A stretch of DNA of 63,219 nt, filler included, from Globobulimina sp. (Eukaryota): assembly GCA_003354225.1 (NCBI GenBank). It is 32 parts of 32 records of this genome, joined end to end, with 100 filler letters (N's around TTAATTAATTAA, not from the genome) between each part and the next. Parts side by side here need not be neighbours in the genome. Positions count along the whole stretch, not along the records: positions 49,476 to 51,353 come from PIVH01010978.1; positions 51,454 to 53,331 come from PIVH01010979.1; positions 53,432 to 55,309 come from PIVH01010980.1; positions 55,410 to 57,287 come from PIVH01010981.1; positions 57,388 to 59,265 come from PIVH01010982.1; positions 59,366 to 61,242 come from PIVH01010983.1; positions 61,343 to 63,219 come from PIVH01010984.1; 25 more parts are not named here. One strand, written 5' to 3'. The notes below the pieces were generated by a model. It worked only from the letters and a program-made list of their open reading frames with translations, made no database searches and was not told where the DNA came from. The position numbers and the translations under genes were made by a program. The first letter of the stretch is position 1; each line of letters starts with the position of its first letter. This document shows, one piece after another, positions 49,476-62,358 of the stretch.

Positions 49476-50501
49476 TACGCTCTCGCTATAGATACATATT
49501 GTATTTGCCAGTAATTGTATTTGTTTTGCGTGGAATGATCACTTTGATACTCGGCGCAAGTGGCCATGGACTGAGTGCAGGCGCAGATTATATAACTTAT
49601 GGCTATCCCATATTTTCCATCATATTATCCTTAGTGTTGTGGTGCGAGATAGATATTGTAATATTAAGTTGCGGCGGCGCCCATATCGTAGAGGAATGCT
49701 TAGAAGTACAAATATCTGCAAATGGACACGAATATAAATGTATCTATTGCTGTTGGTGCGATTTATCCGTTTTGCGCCTATGTAATTGTTGTACGATGGA
49801 TAATGGTTTTTCTTTATTTAAATGTCACCACAAATTCATGAAAATATTAATTTGTTTAATATGTCCCTTACTAACTGTGGTATTATTTATTATCTCTGAA
49901 TTCCCGCAAATACACAAACCATTAATTATGACAAAGATTGGTGATATTAATGATGCAAAATGGCTAGAAATGAATTTAAATAATTCCTCCGTTTATTGGT
50001 TAATATTTATAATTATTTGTGCATTATATTTAATATTAATGTTTACTGCCACATATATTGGAATATTAATTGTTAAATCTTTACATTTTGTGTCTTCATT
50101 AAATCCAAAAACCTTAACAATGCAATATGTGACCTCAATAATATTGACCTTTATTATGCAAATACAATTTGTTATATTATTATTTTATTTTAATGTGTAT
50201 ATTATTGATGATACCGACGACGATGTGCACGGCCTGCGAACTGCCACACCCTTTTATATGATATTAGTTTATATCGAATTTATTATTGCTTCCATTTGGA
50301 ATCATTTCTCTTTTCGAAATATTGATTTTAATCGTTTTGGGAGAGAAGCGATTGAAAAAAATGAAGTTCAACTTTTTGATTTTCAGCCTGATTTTGATGG
50401 CATTCATGACTTACATAATTATCGGAGAGTTTATGGCGAGAAATTCCTCTGGGATTTGGATCATAAAAATCATCCATTTTTACATAATAACAACAGCAAT
50501 A

Positions 50502-50542
<41 letters not shown>

Positions 50543-51124
50543 CAACAACAACAACAAATAAATAATATATCCAATGATTCCAATCCCAATCCCAATCACA
50601 AACAATCAAAGACGCCAATAATTACAAGCAATGGTTTAATATCGGCCAAAAAACCACCATCAAAAAAACCAAAAAAAAACGCAATAAAAAAACAAAAAAG
50701 TAGATCAAAAGAAAAAGCCTTAACATTGAGTCCGATAAAAGATGAAACAAATTCGTTGACACAAACTCAAACTCAAACTACTCATTCCATGGCATATCCT
50801 CATACTACCACTACTACGACTTCCTTGTCATTAGATTTAAACAGCGATGCCATCTATTCTTTGGATGAAGACACATCATCCATATCATCATCGTCATCGT
50901 CATCATCTTCGTGGAATAATCATGATGTCCAATCTGATGGGTCTTCGCCGTGGGATGACGAGCCAAAAAAATCAAAAAAACCACCAAAATCCAAAAAACA
51001 AAATCATTATAAACACAAATCCAAAAAATCTAATAAAAACTCCTCTAAAATCAAAGAAAAGTACAAAACAAATAATCCCCCAAACACCTCCAAAATGCAA
51101 AGAATGGACAGTGAGATACCATAA
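49476..51124 (+). CDS. Polytopic membrane protein with poly-Asn/Ser/Lys tail, 5'-truncated
   Basis: About 6 hydrophobic segments followed by a low-complexity tail. Confidence 0.7.
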
Positions 51125-51525
51125 ATGATAAATGTTTTTGTGTTGTATACATGTACAATTTATAAATGTTTTATAGTTTTGTGTGTCAATAATTTATATA
51201 AAATGTGTCTAAAAGAAATTTATAATTATTTTTAGTGTTTTTTATCTTGTTTTTTGATGTGCTTTTTTTTATTTTTATTTTTTAAGACTTTGTAATTTGT
51301 GCTTTTTTCCCTGCTTTCTCTTGTTTCAATTATTTTTTTTTGTTCCACTGTCTNNNNNNNNNNNNNNNNNNNNNNNNNNNNNNNNNNNNNNNNNNNNTTA
51401 ATTAATTAANNNNNNNNNNNNNNNNNNNNNNNNNNNNNNNNNNNNNNNNNNNNAATGAGCCTACACAAGTTAATTAGTCACTATGTGACTATTTAGTGAC
51501 TATTTGTGACTATGGGGAAATATTT

Positions 51526-52191
51526 TTATTTTTTTCTTTTAGCAAACAAAGCTAATGAAGGATATGAGTTTACAATAAAATATCCACAAATTCTAATAAT
51601 TGCCCAAATTGCAATAATATTTGATGCCAATCCACCAATAAAAGCATAGCTATTTTCCAATTCATGACTTGATACAATTTCGCAACATCCATTTTTTTGT
51701 TGAATCAAACATAAAGACTCATCATTATTCCATTTATTTGGTAATGTTAATTGATACCATTTGGATGTATTTGTTGCAGCATTTTTGATCCACATTTCTC
51801 CACTTTTTATTTGTTTACGAATATATGCATTAATTATTTCGTCAATGCTATACGGTCCATTTATTGTATTATTATTGTAAATAAAATATAATAATTCTGA
51901 TTTGTAAATATCTTTAATTGGGTTTGTACTGAAATCATTTATATTTTTTAAACACGAAATGCAAATAATATATGGATGGTATAATGCTTTTTCTTTATCT
52001 TTATTACAAATAAAAATATATTCTTCTTCATGCTGTTTTTGTGTATATCTGAAACCGCATATTTTACATATTGCAGATTTCTCAGTGTGTGCTAATAGTT
52101 TAATTTTATCCATTGGATTGCCACAAATACAGATTGTTTCTTTGTCAGCTTGTTGTTTTATATCATTTTCTATATTTATTGTTCTGTCCAA
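51526..52191 (-). CDS. Hypothetical protein with Cys cluster and GYF_2-like motif
   Basis: CICG..CKIC..C..H..CISC; YFIYNNNTINGPYSIDEI..MWIK; no clear ATG. Confidence 0.45.
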   Translation of the reverse strand: MDRTINIENDIKQQADKETICICGNPMDKIKLLAHTEKSAICKICGFRYTQKQHEEEYIFICNKDKEKALYHPYIICISCLKNINDFSTNPIKDIYKSELLYFIYNNNTINGPYSIDEIINAYIRKQIKSGEMWIKNAATNTSKWYQLTLPNKWNNDESLCLIQQKNGCCEIVSSHELENSYAFIGGLASNIIAIWAIIRICGYFIVNSYPSLALFAKRKK

Positions 52192-52427
52192 TGAACAAAG
52201 ATTAATGGCTTATGTATGAGCTATATGTCAAAAACATACCCAATTGTCAATTCCAATTGTTCTGACAAAAGTGTTTGTGTTGCCATTACGTATATAAATA
52301 CAAAAAAAAAACGGTGGCACAAGTGGCCAGACAGAAATTTCTAGAAACTCTATGCTTTGGATTGTAAATAATGTGTTATATTATATTAACTTCAATTGAA
52401 TAATAATAATTAATAATTATGTACACT

Positions 52428-53331
52428 TTAAGTCAAACCCAAATATTGGTGTTCTACGCCGACAATGATCAGACAAATGAAAACTAAAAGTGGTGTCACC
52501 ACGAGTCCTCTCTTTGCAAATGCAACGTAGCTAATGGACAGTCCCCATTTCTCCAATATCCCTTTCCATAATAAAACAGCCACACTGGCCACGGGCGTAC
52601 CGTTTCCACCAAGATTGGCTCCAATGGCCAACGCAAAAAAGGCAGCGCGTTGCACATCAAAATCCAGCACGTCGCCATCAATTTTGCTTGGATCCGCAGC
52701 TCGCGCTAAAACTGTGGATAACAACACAGTCATTGGTTGGTTATTGATGCATTGACACAGCGCAAACGCCGCAAATCCAACAATGAACATAATATACCAT
52801 TCATTCCCATTGGTCACAGAAATGAGCGTTTCTGCCAACACTTTGACCAAACCAATGTCCTCCATGAAGCCCACCAAAATGAACAATGAAAAGATGAATG
52901 GGATCAATTTCCACGGCAACTCCCATAAAGCATCCAATCCAAAAGTCACTATTCCCTGTTCATTATGAGCGGCGCTGTCAAAGTGTTCCAATGGATCCTC
53001 AAATTCGTCCCTTCCCTGCGCTGTTAACTCGATATCCTTATCACGCTCAGTATTGCCATCGAGGTACATTTTGATTGAATTATTATTTTGTTTTTGAGGA
53101 CAACACGGCAATCCATGTCCAGGTATATCAAACACACAAATGTCGATCACGAATGAGAGCACAGCTATGCCCAAAACAAACGCCATGTCATCGCCATCAA
53201 ATTCCACGCCGTCAATTATGGCCATCGCCGGCAATGAAATGCATGCTAAAAACAGCCGGACTGCGCAGAAAATGGAGTATTTGGGTAACTTTATCGATTC
53301 TTTCCAGTCTCGTTTATCAAAATGATATTTA
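52428..53331 (-). CDS. ArsB/NhaD-family permease, 5'-truncated
   Basis: LPWKLIPFIFSLFILV, CINNQPMTV, ALAIGANLGGNGTPVASVAVLLW. Confidence 0.85.
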
Positions 53332-53431
53332 NNNNNNNNNNNNNNNNNNNNNNNNNNNNNNNNNNNNNNNNNNNNTTAATTAATTAANNNNNNNNNNNNN
53401 NNNNNNNNNNNNNNNNNNNNNNNNNNNNNNN

Positions 53432-54840
53432 GAGTTTTGCATTACAAATTGCAATATTTTCTTCAATTCAATAAATGAAAAGTTAAAATGTGATTTTCCA
53501 GCATTAAATGCCTCTTTGTGATAATTTTCATTCTCAAATAACTGAAACCAAGCATGTCTTTGCGGGATTTTGCGGAATATCCATTGTAAGACACTTCCGG
53601 GCAGACTCAACCACGCAGGCAATGGATTTGCAGGTAATATCTCAATAATTGTTGCCGCGGAAGGTAACCATAAGCCTCCTTCGACTATGGAATTTGAATG
53701 AAATCCAATCAAAATATCAATATTACTCATTATCCGTAATAATTGAATTGGTTTTTTAATCTCATACATTCGGATTATTTTACAAAAATATTCATTCTGT
53801 AAATCACAATTTTCTTTTACATTTTCAATATTTAACCATTTTCCATTTTTATGTTTATCAATTAAGCCAACCATTGGTTTCTCGTTTTTTACTGCCTCAT
53901 TATGATCACTGTCCGTACCATGTATATCCATCCAATGCTGTTTCAGCCATTCAACTCGATCCCATGTAAAATGATTGCCATCTTTCCAATGTGTCTCTGT
54001 TACAAAACCTTGCGGATAATTCTTTGTAAAATCCGCATTAAATCCACAAAAATAAGCTTGCTTAACACAACCACAATTATCGTTTCTATCACTGTCATCC
54101 TTTACAATTTGATACTTATCACTGTCCATATCCATATGCATATGGTTCAAAGTAAGCGTTGGATTTAACAATAAATTCCTGTAATGTCGCACTGGATAAT
54201 TACTAAATGGTTTGATTAATAATGTATGCGATGTGTATAGATCATAATAATCCAACTGTTCAAAAACAAAGTGGTGATTTCTTGATAATATTTGTAATCT
54301 TATTGAATATTCCCATAATCCGTGCATGCTTCGACTCCAAATATGAGGAAACATGTGGGGGTAATATTGACCTAGTAATACAAGGGAGAGGTTGTCGTAT
54401 GTTATGCATTCATTTAACACGTTTTTATCATATTCTGCATAAAATGAGTTGCATACAATGCCTACGCAGTATCTTATTGATGCTCTCGCGTCAAATATAT
54501 CACTTTTGTTTGACGTTATCCAGTGTTTATTTCTCATGCAAATATTTTCTCGCAATGGACAAACAGTTTGAAAATAAGACATGTTGGTTTGAATTGGTGG
54601 TGACAAGTTTAACATGTTTGGAATTTTAATATTATTTCTATTAATATTAACATTATCAATCTCATTAAATTCAACCATATTTGCAAACATAATTGATTCA
54701 ATTGCATCATCTTCGTTAACTCCAGTATTCATATATGCAACATAACAAAATAGAGAGCTCCAAAAGCATATTAACGACATAATTACGCAACGCCAAGTCT
54801 GCGCAAACGTGCTTTTGGTGGTTATTTGCAGTCCCATCAT
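53432..54840 (-). CDS. Glycosyltransferase family 61-like type II membrane protein, 3'-truncated
   Basis: N-terminal TM; QLLRIMSNIDILIGFHSN...LWLPSAATIIEILP. Confidence 0.65.
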
Positions 54841-55691
54841 GCATGAGTTCAACGAAAAGATTTGGTATTTAAACTTAAAATAGGCTGAACATCTCCGTCA
54901 AGCATGTCAACTAAAAAAGGAGTTGCAATGAACCATCCCAAAGTTAATGGATTGTCTCCACCATTCCATAAATTCCAAGTTAACCTTAAATTAAATTATG
55001 TGCAAATCATTTGAATAGTGGTAAGTAATAAAATGCAAACTATTCTCAAAGGTACTGTCATGGTTAATTTATGCGTATTTAAATATCAGCTTCCATGTTG
55101 TGTATGGTTTCCATCACAACCAAATGTTCATTGTGTTCAACCTCATTCATATAACATTATCTGTCATCATGTTTACATCTGCTTATTTTACTACCAGTTA
55201 AGTTAAACAAATACATGCATCTGCTGCAAAAACTTACCATATCGGAAAATCAAATATATACAGCAGCAAATTGTGTGGATCAATTCGTCAAAGAACGGGG
55301 ATTTCCCCANNNNNNNNNNNNNNNNNNNNNNNNNNNNNNNNNNNNNNNNNNNNTTAATTAATTAANNNNNNNNNNNNNNNNNNNNNNNNNNNNNNNNNNN
55401 NNNNNNNNNTTTTTTATTGTATGCATAGTGTGTTGGGTCTATATATTTATTTGATTTGATTTGTTACAAATTAATAATTGATTTGTTACAAATTAAATTA
55501 AATCTAAAAACGTTTTGTATATGAAAAATCACGTTGTTTACTGAACAGAGAAGACATCATTTTCTTTCTTATATAGATTTGATTTATTAAGAATATTACG
55601 TCATTCATTAGCAACCGCACGCATCACTTATATTCATCATACATTTTATAACCGCACGCACGGTTTTTTATATGTACCATGTTTATCATGG

Positions 55692-56039
55692 ATGCAATAT
55701 AACGAATTAGCAATGTTTAAAGCAAGAAGATATGGCATGGCAACAATGTTTTTTGTTAATGGTCTTCCGGGATATCTATATTATTTAGGATCTGCATTAA
55801 AAAGATTAAACATAATCGATGCATTACAAAAAAGTCAATTGGATCAATATCAATCTATGTTTAGAGCTCCTCTGATTATCTTCATGTATGGATTATCTTT
55901 GGGAGCAAAGATGGAAATTCGAGGACTTCATCCTTTGTTTAAAGCATATATTTCAACCCTGCACATTTTAGGAAGTTTAATACATATTCAATATGCAATA
56001 TCAGCAAGAGATTCTGTACACAGACTCAAAAACAAATAA
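55692..56039 (+). CDS. Small hypothetical membrane protein
   Basis: 115-aa ORF with three hydrophobic stretches in AT-rich flanks. Confidence 0.45.
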   Translation: MQYNELAMFKARRYGMATMFFVNGLPGYLYYLGSALKRLNIIDALQKSQLDQYQSMFRAPLIIFMYGLSLGAKMEIRGLHPLFKAYISTLHILGSLIHIQYAISARDSVHRLKNK

Positions 56040-56189
56040 TTAATATTTATTGTTTTTTTTATTATTTTTTATTTTTTTGCTGGGACGAATAAAATTGTAC
56101 TGAATTAGTGACTTTGCTTTCGATTAAACTTTTAAAAATTATAATTATTTAGACTAGTAACAACAAAAAATGAATATGGTTATATATTA

Positions 56190-57287
56190 TCAGATGTCAT
56201 CCGTTTCAGTGACAGATTCCTCAATAACAATGCTATAGATATAATTTGATCGGTTATTTCTGAAAATAATAATACACCAACAAATAGATCGCAGTATTAT
56301 TGATATGATACAAGTGATTATAATAACATATAATAATGCATTGTGTGTCATTGATGTATTCCATAATAATCCAACAATCAATAATAAAAATGCTCGAATT
56401 ATATTTGAAATTATTGATTTAATGCCATTTATTTTTCCGGAGTGTTCTTTTGGTTGAACATCCAATAAATTATATTCTAAAATAGTTGATGGCGCCGCTA
56501 TAAATATTCCAAATAAGAATGTATATATCCAATAATAATACATCTCCACTTTACATAAAAATAATGAGCATAAACTCAATAATAAGACATAAAATATGAT
56601 GAGTAATAAATGATGACTGACATATTTATAGACTGTATTTAATAATTGTGTATACACAGAAAATATAATACATGTTACAACGAATGACAATGCCATTAAC
56701 ATCATTTGCAATGAACTAAATAACACTACATTTTGCTTCTCGTTATGTTCTGTCACATGAAATCTGTACATGTATTTATCTAAAATATGTGCCACATAAT
56801 ATGTTAATAATACTGCTTCAAATGATGCTAAAATACCCATTTCGATTATTATCTGTATCATAATGTACCAATTAAACACAGGAACATCTTTAAAAAATGA
56901 TAAAAATGATTGGGATATTTGCACTTGGCGTCTGTTATATTTTTGGTAAGATGGAAATTCTTCATCTAATAATATCAACGGTAAATCATTTGAATCTGCA
57001 CATATATTATCATCAAACTGTTGTTGCAATTTTAAATGACATTCGATTTGACAATGTTCAATGTTTTGTTGTGTATTATAAATTTTCAAAGAGAATAATA
57101 ATGTGATTGACATAAAGATTGAATTTAATATAAAGATAATTCTGTAATTTGAAAATATTTTAAATATAATACCACTGAATAATGTTCCAAATAAATATAA
57201 TGCGGAACATGCAGCAAATAATAAAGCTATTTGTGTTTTTGCTTTTGTTGTGGGTAATATGCATGAAATATAAGCAATGGATACATA
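56190..57287 (-). CDS. MFS transporter C-terminal half, 5'-truncated
   Basis: Multiple TMs; LDVQPKEHSGKINGIKSII matches the TM10-11 loop pattern. Confidence 0.7.
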   Translation of the reverse strand, partial: YVSIAYISCILPTTKAKTQIALLFAACSALYLFGTLFSGIIFKIFSNYRIIFILNSIFMSITLLFSLKIYNTQQNIEHCQIECHLKLQQQFDDNICADSNDLPLILLDEEFPSYQKYNRRQVQISQSFLSFFKDVPVFNWYIMIQIIIEMGILASFEAVLLTYYVAHILDKYMYRFHVTEHNEKQNVVLFSSLQMMLMALSFVVTCIIFSVYTQLLNTVYKYVSHHLLLIIFYVLLLSLCSLFLCKVEMYYYWIYTFLFGIFIAAPSTILEYNLLDVQPKEHSGKINGIKSIISNIIRAFLLLIVGLLWNTSMTHNALLYVIIITCIISIILRSICWCIIIFRNNRSNYIYSIVIEESVTETDDI

Positions 57288-57387
57288 NNNNNNNNNNNNN
57301 NNNNNNNNNNNNNNNNNNNNNNNNNNNNNNNTTAATTAATTAANNNNNNNNNNNNNNNNNNNNNNNNNNNNNNNNNNNNNNNNNNNN

Positions 57388-58788
57388 ATATGTATGCAAA
57401 TCAAATATATAAATGTCTGAATCATCCATCATTGCATCACAACAATTTAAACTCAGCAATCCCCCAAATACCAATATTTTATCAATCATTTCATTTGAAA
57501 ATAATAATCAGTCGTTAATGCATTCCACAGTCATCGAACAACGCGGAACTGGAACATTTTTATCCTTTTCATATTGAATACATTCGCTTCCAACTGACAA
57601 ACAATCAAAATCTATGGTAACTACATACATATCATTCAATAATTTTTGTGCCTTATTTGCAATGCAAATACCACCAAATAATACCACTTTATTCTGCGCG
57701 ATGCAACACATTGAATGTCTGTACCTGGCACATGGAATATTTTGTGCGTTATCAATTTTCAATTGCATCCATTCATGATTTGCAATATCATATAACCAAA
57801 AATCGTTGAATGCTTTGTGCGGATTGGACCTTCCTCCAAACATAAATATAAATGACTTATTTTTATGTTTAACAATCACCATTTTATGATGTTGCCTCGC
57901 TTTGGGAATGTGAGTGTATGCACAAAATGTATGATGTTTATAAATCAAAGAGTTGGAATTATCATATTTTAAACAAATTGTATCATTCAAACGAGCTCTT
58001 GGCAGTTTTGATGATTTATTGTTATTTTTTTTGCGGTTTAACATGGATTTTGAGGTTCCGTATCCACCAAAAATGAGAATTTGTTGCGTGAGTTTGTCAA
58101 ATATGCAATCATGAAATTGTCGAGTGATCAAATGGTTGTTTGTCATATCGGAGACTGCGATGTGTTTCTGTGAGATATGTAAATCATAGACACATAATAA
58201 TAAATTTTGTATTTCTTTGATTGATTTATAGAATGCAAAATGAACAAATTCTTGAAAATATTTGAATGATTGGCAATACTCAGAATGTGATGTGTTTAAT
58301 GTACAATTTGCGGCATTGCGCCCGATCCAAAACAGTGGATGATGGCAAGTCGATGCATTGGAAGCCATTATTTTTAAATTGCTGTCAATCAATAATGGCG
58401 AAGATAGCAATGATTTGAGAAAGTATTCAACAAATGTCAAATATTGATTTGCCGCCTTGCTGGAAATTATTATATAGAGATCCCGATTCAAATCATTGTT
58501 TGATAATAATTGTGGCAATGAATGATCTTCAACGAATGGTGATATCTCATTACATACGATGCAGACATCCAAATCGTAGTGACTCGCAATATCGGAAAAT
58601 GACGCATTTAAAAAAGAATAATTATAACATCCTTTGTAGAGAATCAATTCGTGTGTTGCTGGTCCCACCAAATTAACAATCACTTGAATGATTTCTCGAC
58701 TTATTCGTGGATTCATTATACATTGTAACACGCGTTTATAATACAATGCAAACGAAGTGCTTGAACCAAATCTCGGTAAGGAAAACAT
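57388..58788 (-). CDS. Kelch-repeat protein with degenerate LCMT-like N-terminus (TYW4/LCMT2-like), 3'-truncated
   Basis: LIFGGYG..RLND, ARQHH..FMFGGRSNP..FNDFW, ARYRHS..LFGG; QVIVNL and QEFVHFAF loosely echo LCMT motifs. Confidence 0.6.
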
Positions 58789-58792
58789 GTTA

Positions 58793-59265
58793 TTAATTAG
58801 TTTTAGTTTGAGTTTTTTTAGAGTTAGCAGTTTGCATAACAGCTTCAATTTGTTTACACGACGGCGGAACCACTGTGAAATTCTCAATTCCATTCTTTGT
58901 GACCAACACATCATCTTCGATACGACAGCCACCACAACCATAATATTGCTTAATCACATCCAAATCTATGCAATCCTCCACCTTTGGATATTTTTGCATC
59001 ATTTGTTTTATCCACGACTCATTAAAATACAATCCTGGCTCCACAGTGATGACCATGCCTTCTTCCAATTTCCTCGTTGTCCGCAACCAGCACAGACCCA
59101 ATTCCTCCGAAGCACCATATTCCTCATTAAAGCCGCCAACATCATGCACAGTGATCCCCAGCAAATGTCACAAGCCATGCGGCATAACCACCGACCCCAC
59201 ATACAAAGTCAGAAAATAATCAACAACCTCCCCCAAAGTCTCCCCTCTAACACCACCCAGCGGAT
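58793..59265 (-). CDS. PEPD: Xaa-Pro dipeptidase (M24B) C-terminus, in-frame TGA at 59168-59170
   Basis: MPHGL*HLLGITVHDVGG, LRTTRKLEEGMVITVEPGLYF, GGCRIEDDVLVT..GIENFTVVP. Confidence 0.88.
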
Positions 59266-59365
59266 NNNNNNNNNNNNNNNNNNNNNNNNNNNNNNNNNNN
59301 NNNNNNNNNTTAATTAATTAANNNNNNNNNNNNNNNNNNNNNNNNNNNNNNNNNNNNNNNNNNNN

Positions 59366-60578
59366 AATAATAATAATCCAATCGCTCCAAATATAGATGA
59401 AGGTGATGAGGAATCGGGTGCTCCAAATAGTGATCAACGAATTAAATATTTAAAAAGAAAAGAAAAGGAAAAAAAAAAGCAACGTAACGCAAAAAAACAA
59501 TTGATTGAGGATCAAAAGGATGTATCAGATGACGTTGTTATGCAGAAAGTGATTAAAGACTCTTTTAGCGAAGCAAAAAAAAAATGATGATATTCGTATG
59601 CAAAAAGTCATTGAAGCATCAATGAAAGAAGCAAAAAAAGTTGATATTAATATTTCTGAGATGGATGAGGAAGGCCTAGGTGATGATGACAAAGAGGAGG
59701 AAAAAGAATGTGTAATTGGCATATGATCATATATTGATTTTAACTCAGATCCCGAGGACAGCGCATCAGAGATACATGACCATTACGGTCAGATCACCGC
59801 AATAAAAAAAGACCAATGGACGATAAAATTAGATGATGGTTCGTGTAACAATTATTTTATTGATGAAATTAAAGTTAAAACTAAAGATATAACTGATCAA
59901 AAAATGGCGCTTTATTGTCAAGAGCAAGGCTATAAAAAATGTCCAAATGTTGATTGTGGTATTTATATTGAACGGAAATATGGCTGTAAACATATGGAAT
60001 GTACAAATTGTGGCTGTCACTTCTGTGATTGCTGCGGCAAACAGATTGATGCTAAAAAGTGGAAGAAACATTTCCTGCCTCCAAATACATGCAGATTATG
60101 GGATGAAATTGATGATTTATTGAATGATAACGACCATTATTTTGATGATAACGCCGCGAAAATTAATGCAGCGTTTGAAATATTTGATGAAGGGAAGATA
60201 TTTGACTCTACAGAATCAAAAGAGAATGTGTCGAAAGACAATGATGAAGTATTTAACGAAAAGATTATTAAGCAATTAATGGATATTGGGTTAGGGGATA
60301 GAAATGACATAATGACTGCTATGGAGATGGTGCGTGTAAAAGAAAAAAAGGATATTGAGGTAATTGCAAATTATTTGATAATTGCAAAGCAAGAGACTTC
60401 AATGAAACAAACATATGTAACTGATGGTGATGTATCTGCGCCTGTTCCATGGTCTGGAAATTCAACGCAATCATCATCGTGGCAATGTAAACAATGCTTT
60501 AATAAAAATCCAGATATTTATTTATTTTGTCCTTTGTGTGGCATGGCAAAGGGTGCTGTAACAAATGACAAACAATAG
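59366..60578 (+). CDS. Ubiquitin-system protein: UIM-like x2, Rcat/RING2, UBA-like, RanBP2-type finger; 5'-truncated and disrupted
   Basis: DDVVMQKVIKDSFSE, DDIRMQKVIEASMKE; KKCPNVDCGIYIERKYGCKHMECTNCGCHFCDCC; IKQLMDIGL; WQCKQCFNKN..FCPLCG; extra A at 59575-59584 and TGA at 59724. Confidence 0.75.
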
Positions 60579-61395
60579 TTTTGAAAATTACATAATTATA
60601 TAATTATATAATTACTAGCATATGTATATAAAAGCCAATAGTTGCTATTAACAGTTCAGTAGTGCTATTACTAAACAATAGCAGAAAGGCTGAAGCTAAA
60701 GCTGCGAAAAGGGATGAATCACTGGTACAATTCATAGAAAAATGTGTTGGTGACATATGACAATGAATCTAAAAATAGTGAGAAAAAAAACCCAAATAAA
60801 ATTAATAGTTTGTAGTTACGTACTACACAACGGAACAAATTATAAAAGGATAGATAGCATAAAATTGCTATCACACACAAAAATAATGAATAATACAGAA
60901 AATAAAAAAGGTCTAAAAAAAAATGATATTAAATATCAAAGATATTTCAATACATTAATTATAAAAAAAAACTTGTACGTATATTGATAATATAGTTATT
61001 TTACAATTATCATTAAGTACTAATATGATTTACAAAAAGAAATCCATCTTCACATTCAACCATATATTCATTATTAAATTGAATATTATTTGATTTTATT
61101 TTATATTTTCCATCATTTCTTACTTGTGGCACTGGTGTACCTTTCTTACTTTTTTTTTTCTTTTTTTTTTTTTTAATTATTTTTTTTTTTTTTTTATTTT
61201 TAATTTTATAAAAAAAAAATTTTTTTTTTTTACTTTGGAAAANNNNNNNNNNNNNNNNNNNNNNNNNNNNNNNNNNNNNNNNNNNNTTAATTAATTAANN
61301 NNNNNNNNNNNNNNNNNNNNNNNNNNNNNNNNNNNNNNNNNNTAAAATCATATAAACCTTTATACTGTGCATACAATTTCATATTTAAGTAACTG

Positions 61396-62358
61396 TTACA
61401 AACAAGATTCATTTTTAAATGTAAAGTTCTTAACTTTGTCTGCTTTCGTTGTAATTAATACGCAGTCATTAAATATATACAATATTCCCTTACACGTAGC
61501 ATTGTTTTTATTTTTATTTTTATTTAAACCAAATAGATTTTTTGCTGATGGAGTTTTTAATGGTATCTGAACCTCAAATTGTTGCATTATTCGTCTTTGC
61601 TGGTCATACAATTTAATGTTTGTTTGTGTTAATACCATTTCTAAATGCAATAAATCAAATTGTTGTCGATATTCATTCTCCCATTTTTCTAATGTATATT
61701 TATATTTATATTTGGTGATGAAAACAGATAATTTTATTTAACGTAGAAGCGTGTTTTTAAGATGAATCCGGATTTGTTCCTTAAAGGATTTAACAGCAAT
61801 ATTTCTTTTAAAATGTTTAAATGTCGCAATGTTCTCCAACTTATTTGATTGCTGCATGCAATGAATGAATATATCCCGCAATATCTGAGCGAGTGAGGTG
61901 TATGAACCTGTATTTGTTGCGTCATATAACTGTGTAATGACATTGCATTTGGACGAAAACCATTTCTTTATATTTGTTTTAGAGATACAAAATATTTCTG
62001 ATAAATGTGGCAATGATATATATGTAATGACGGAATCAAAATATTTTTTATAAATTGATGGGAATAACGCATAATATCTAAAGATTGCTGGTTTTGCATT
62101 TGTATCAGATGATAATTGATTTAATGATGTCATATGAAATTGGTACAAATTAGATATTGCATCAAATATTATATTTAATTTGGAGATATTTAATTTAGAA
62201 TGCGATGATTTTAATGGATTTATTAGTGTCGAGATTACAGACTTTAAAAATATAACAAATCGCTGTTCCGCATTTTTAAACTGAGTTTGGGATTTGACAT
62301 ATTTGTGACTTGTATCTGATTGCTGTTCAAGATTTCTTCCAGTGACTGATTGCTGCAT
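61396..62358 (-). CDS. Divergent DH-PH (RhoGEF-like) protein
   Basis: AEQRFVIFLKSV..INPL..IIFDAISNLYQFH; PH-like GILYIFNDCVLIT in a second exon. Confidence 0.5.

Noticed and set aside
51348-51353. CTGTCT at the contig end
   Set aside because: Matches the start of a Nextera adapter; probably technical, and too short to be sure
58789-58941. N-terminal extension of the 477-aa kelch ORF
   Set aside because: Alternative frame of the prolidase 3' end; the first ATG clear of prolidase is 58788
59168-59726. UGA reassignment or selenocysteine, suggested by in-frame TGA in PHGL*H and at 59724
   Set aside because: TGA ends many genes here (5739, 7194, 19408, 24069, 36870); the prolidase TGA is near a noisy G-rich contig end; a point mutation or error is simpler
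61145-61242. Poly-T/poly-A tracts as a retro-element tail or terminator
   Set aside because: Low-complexity contig end, likely poor-quality sequence
1881-61342. Regularly spaced TTAATTAATTAA repeats, and any gene clustering across them
   Set aside because: Artificial spacers between size-sorted contigs; ORFs running into X/LIN are artefacts
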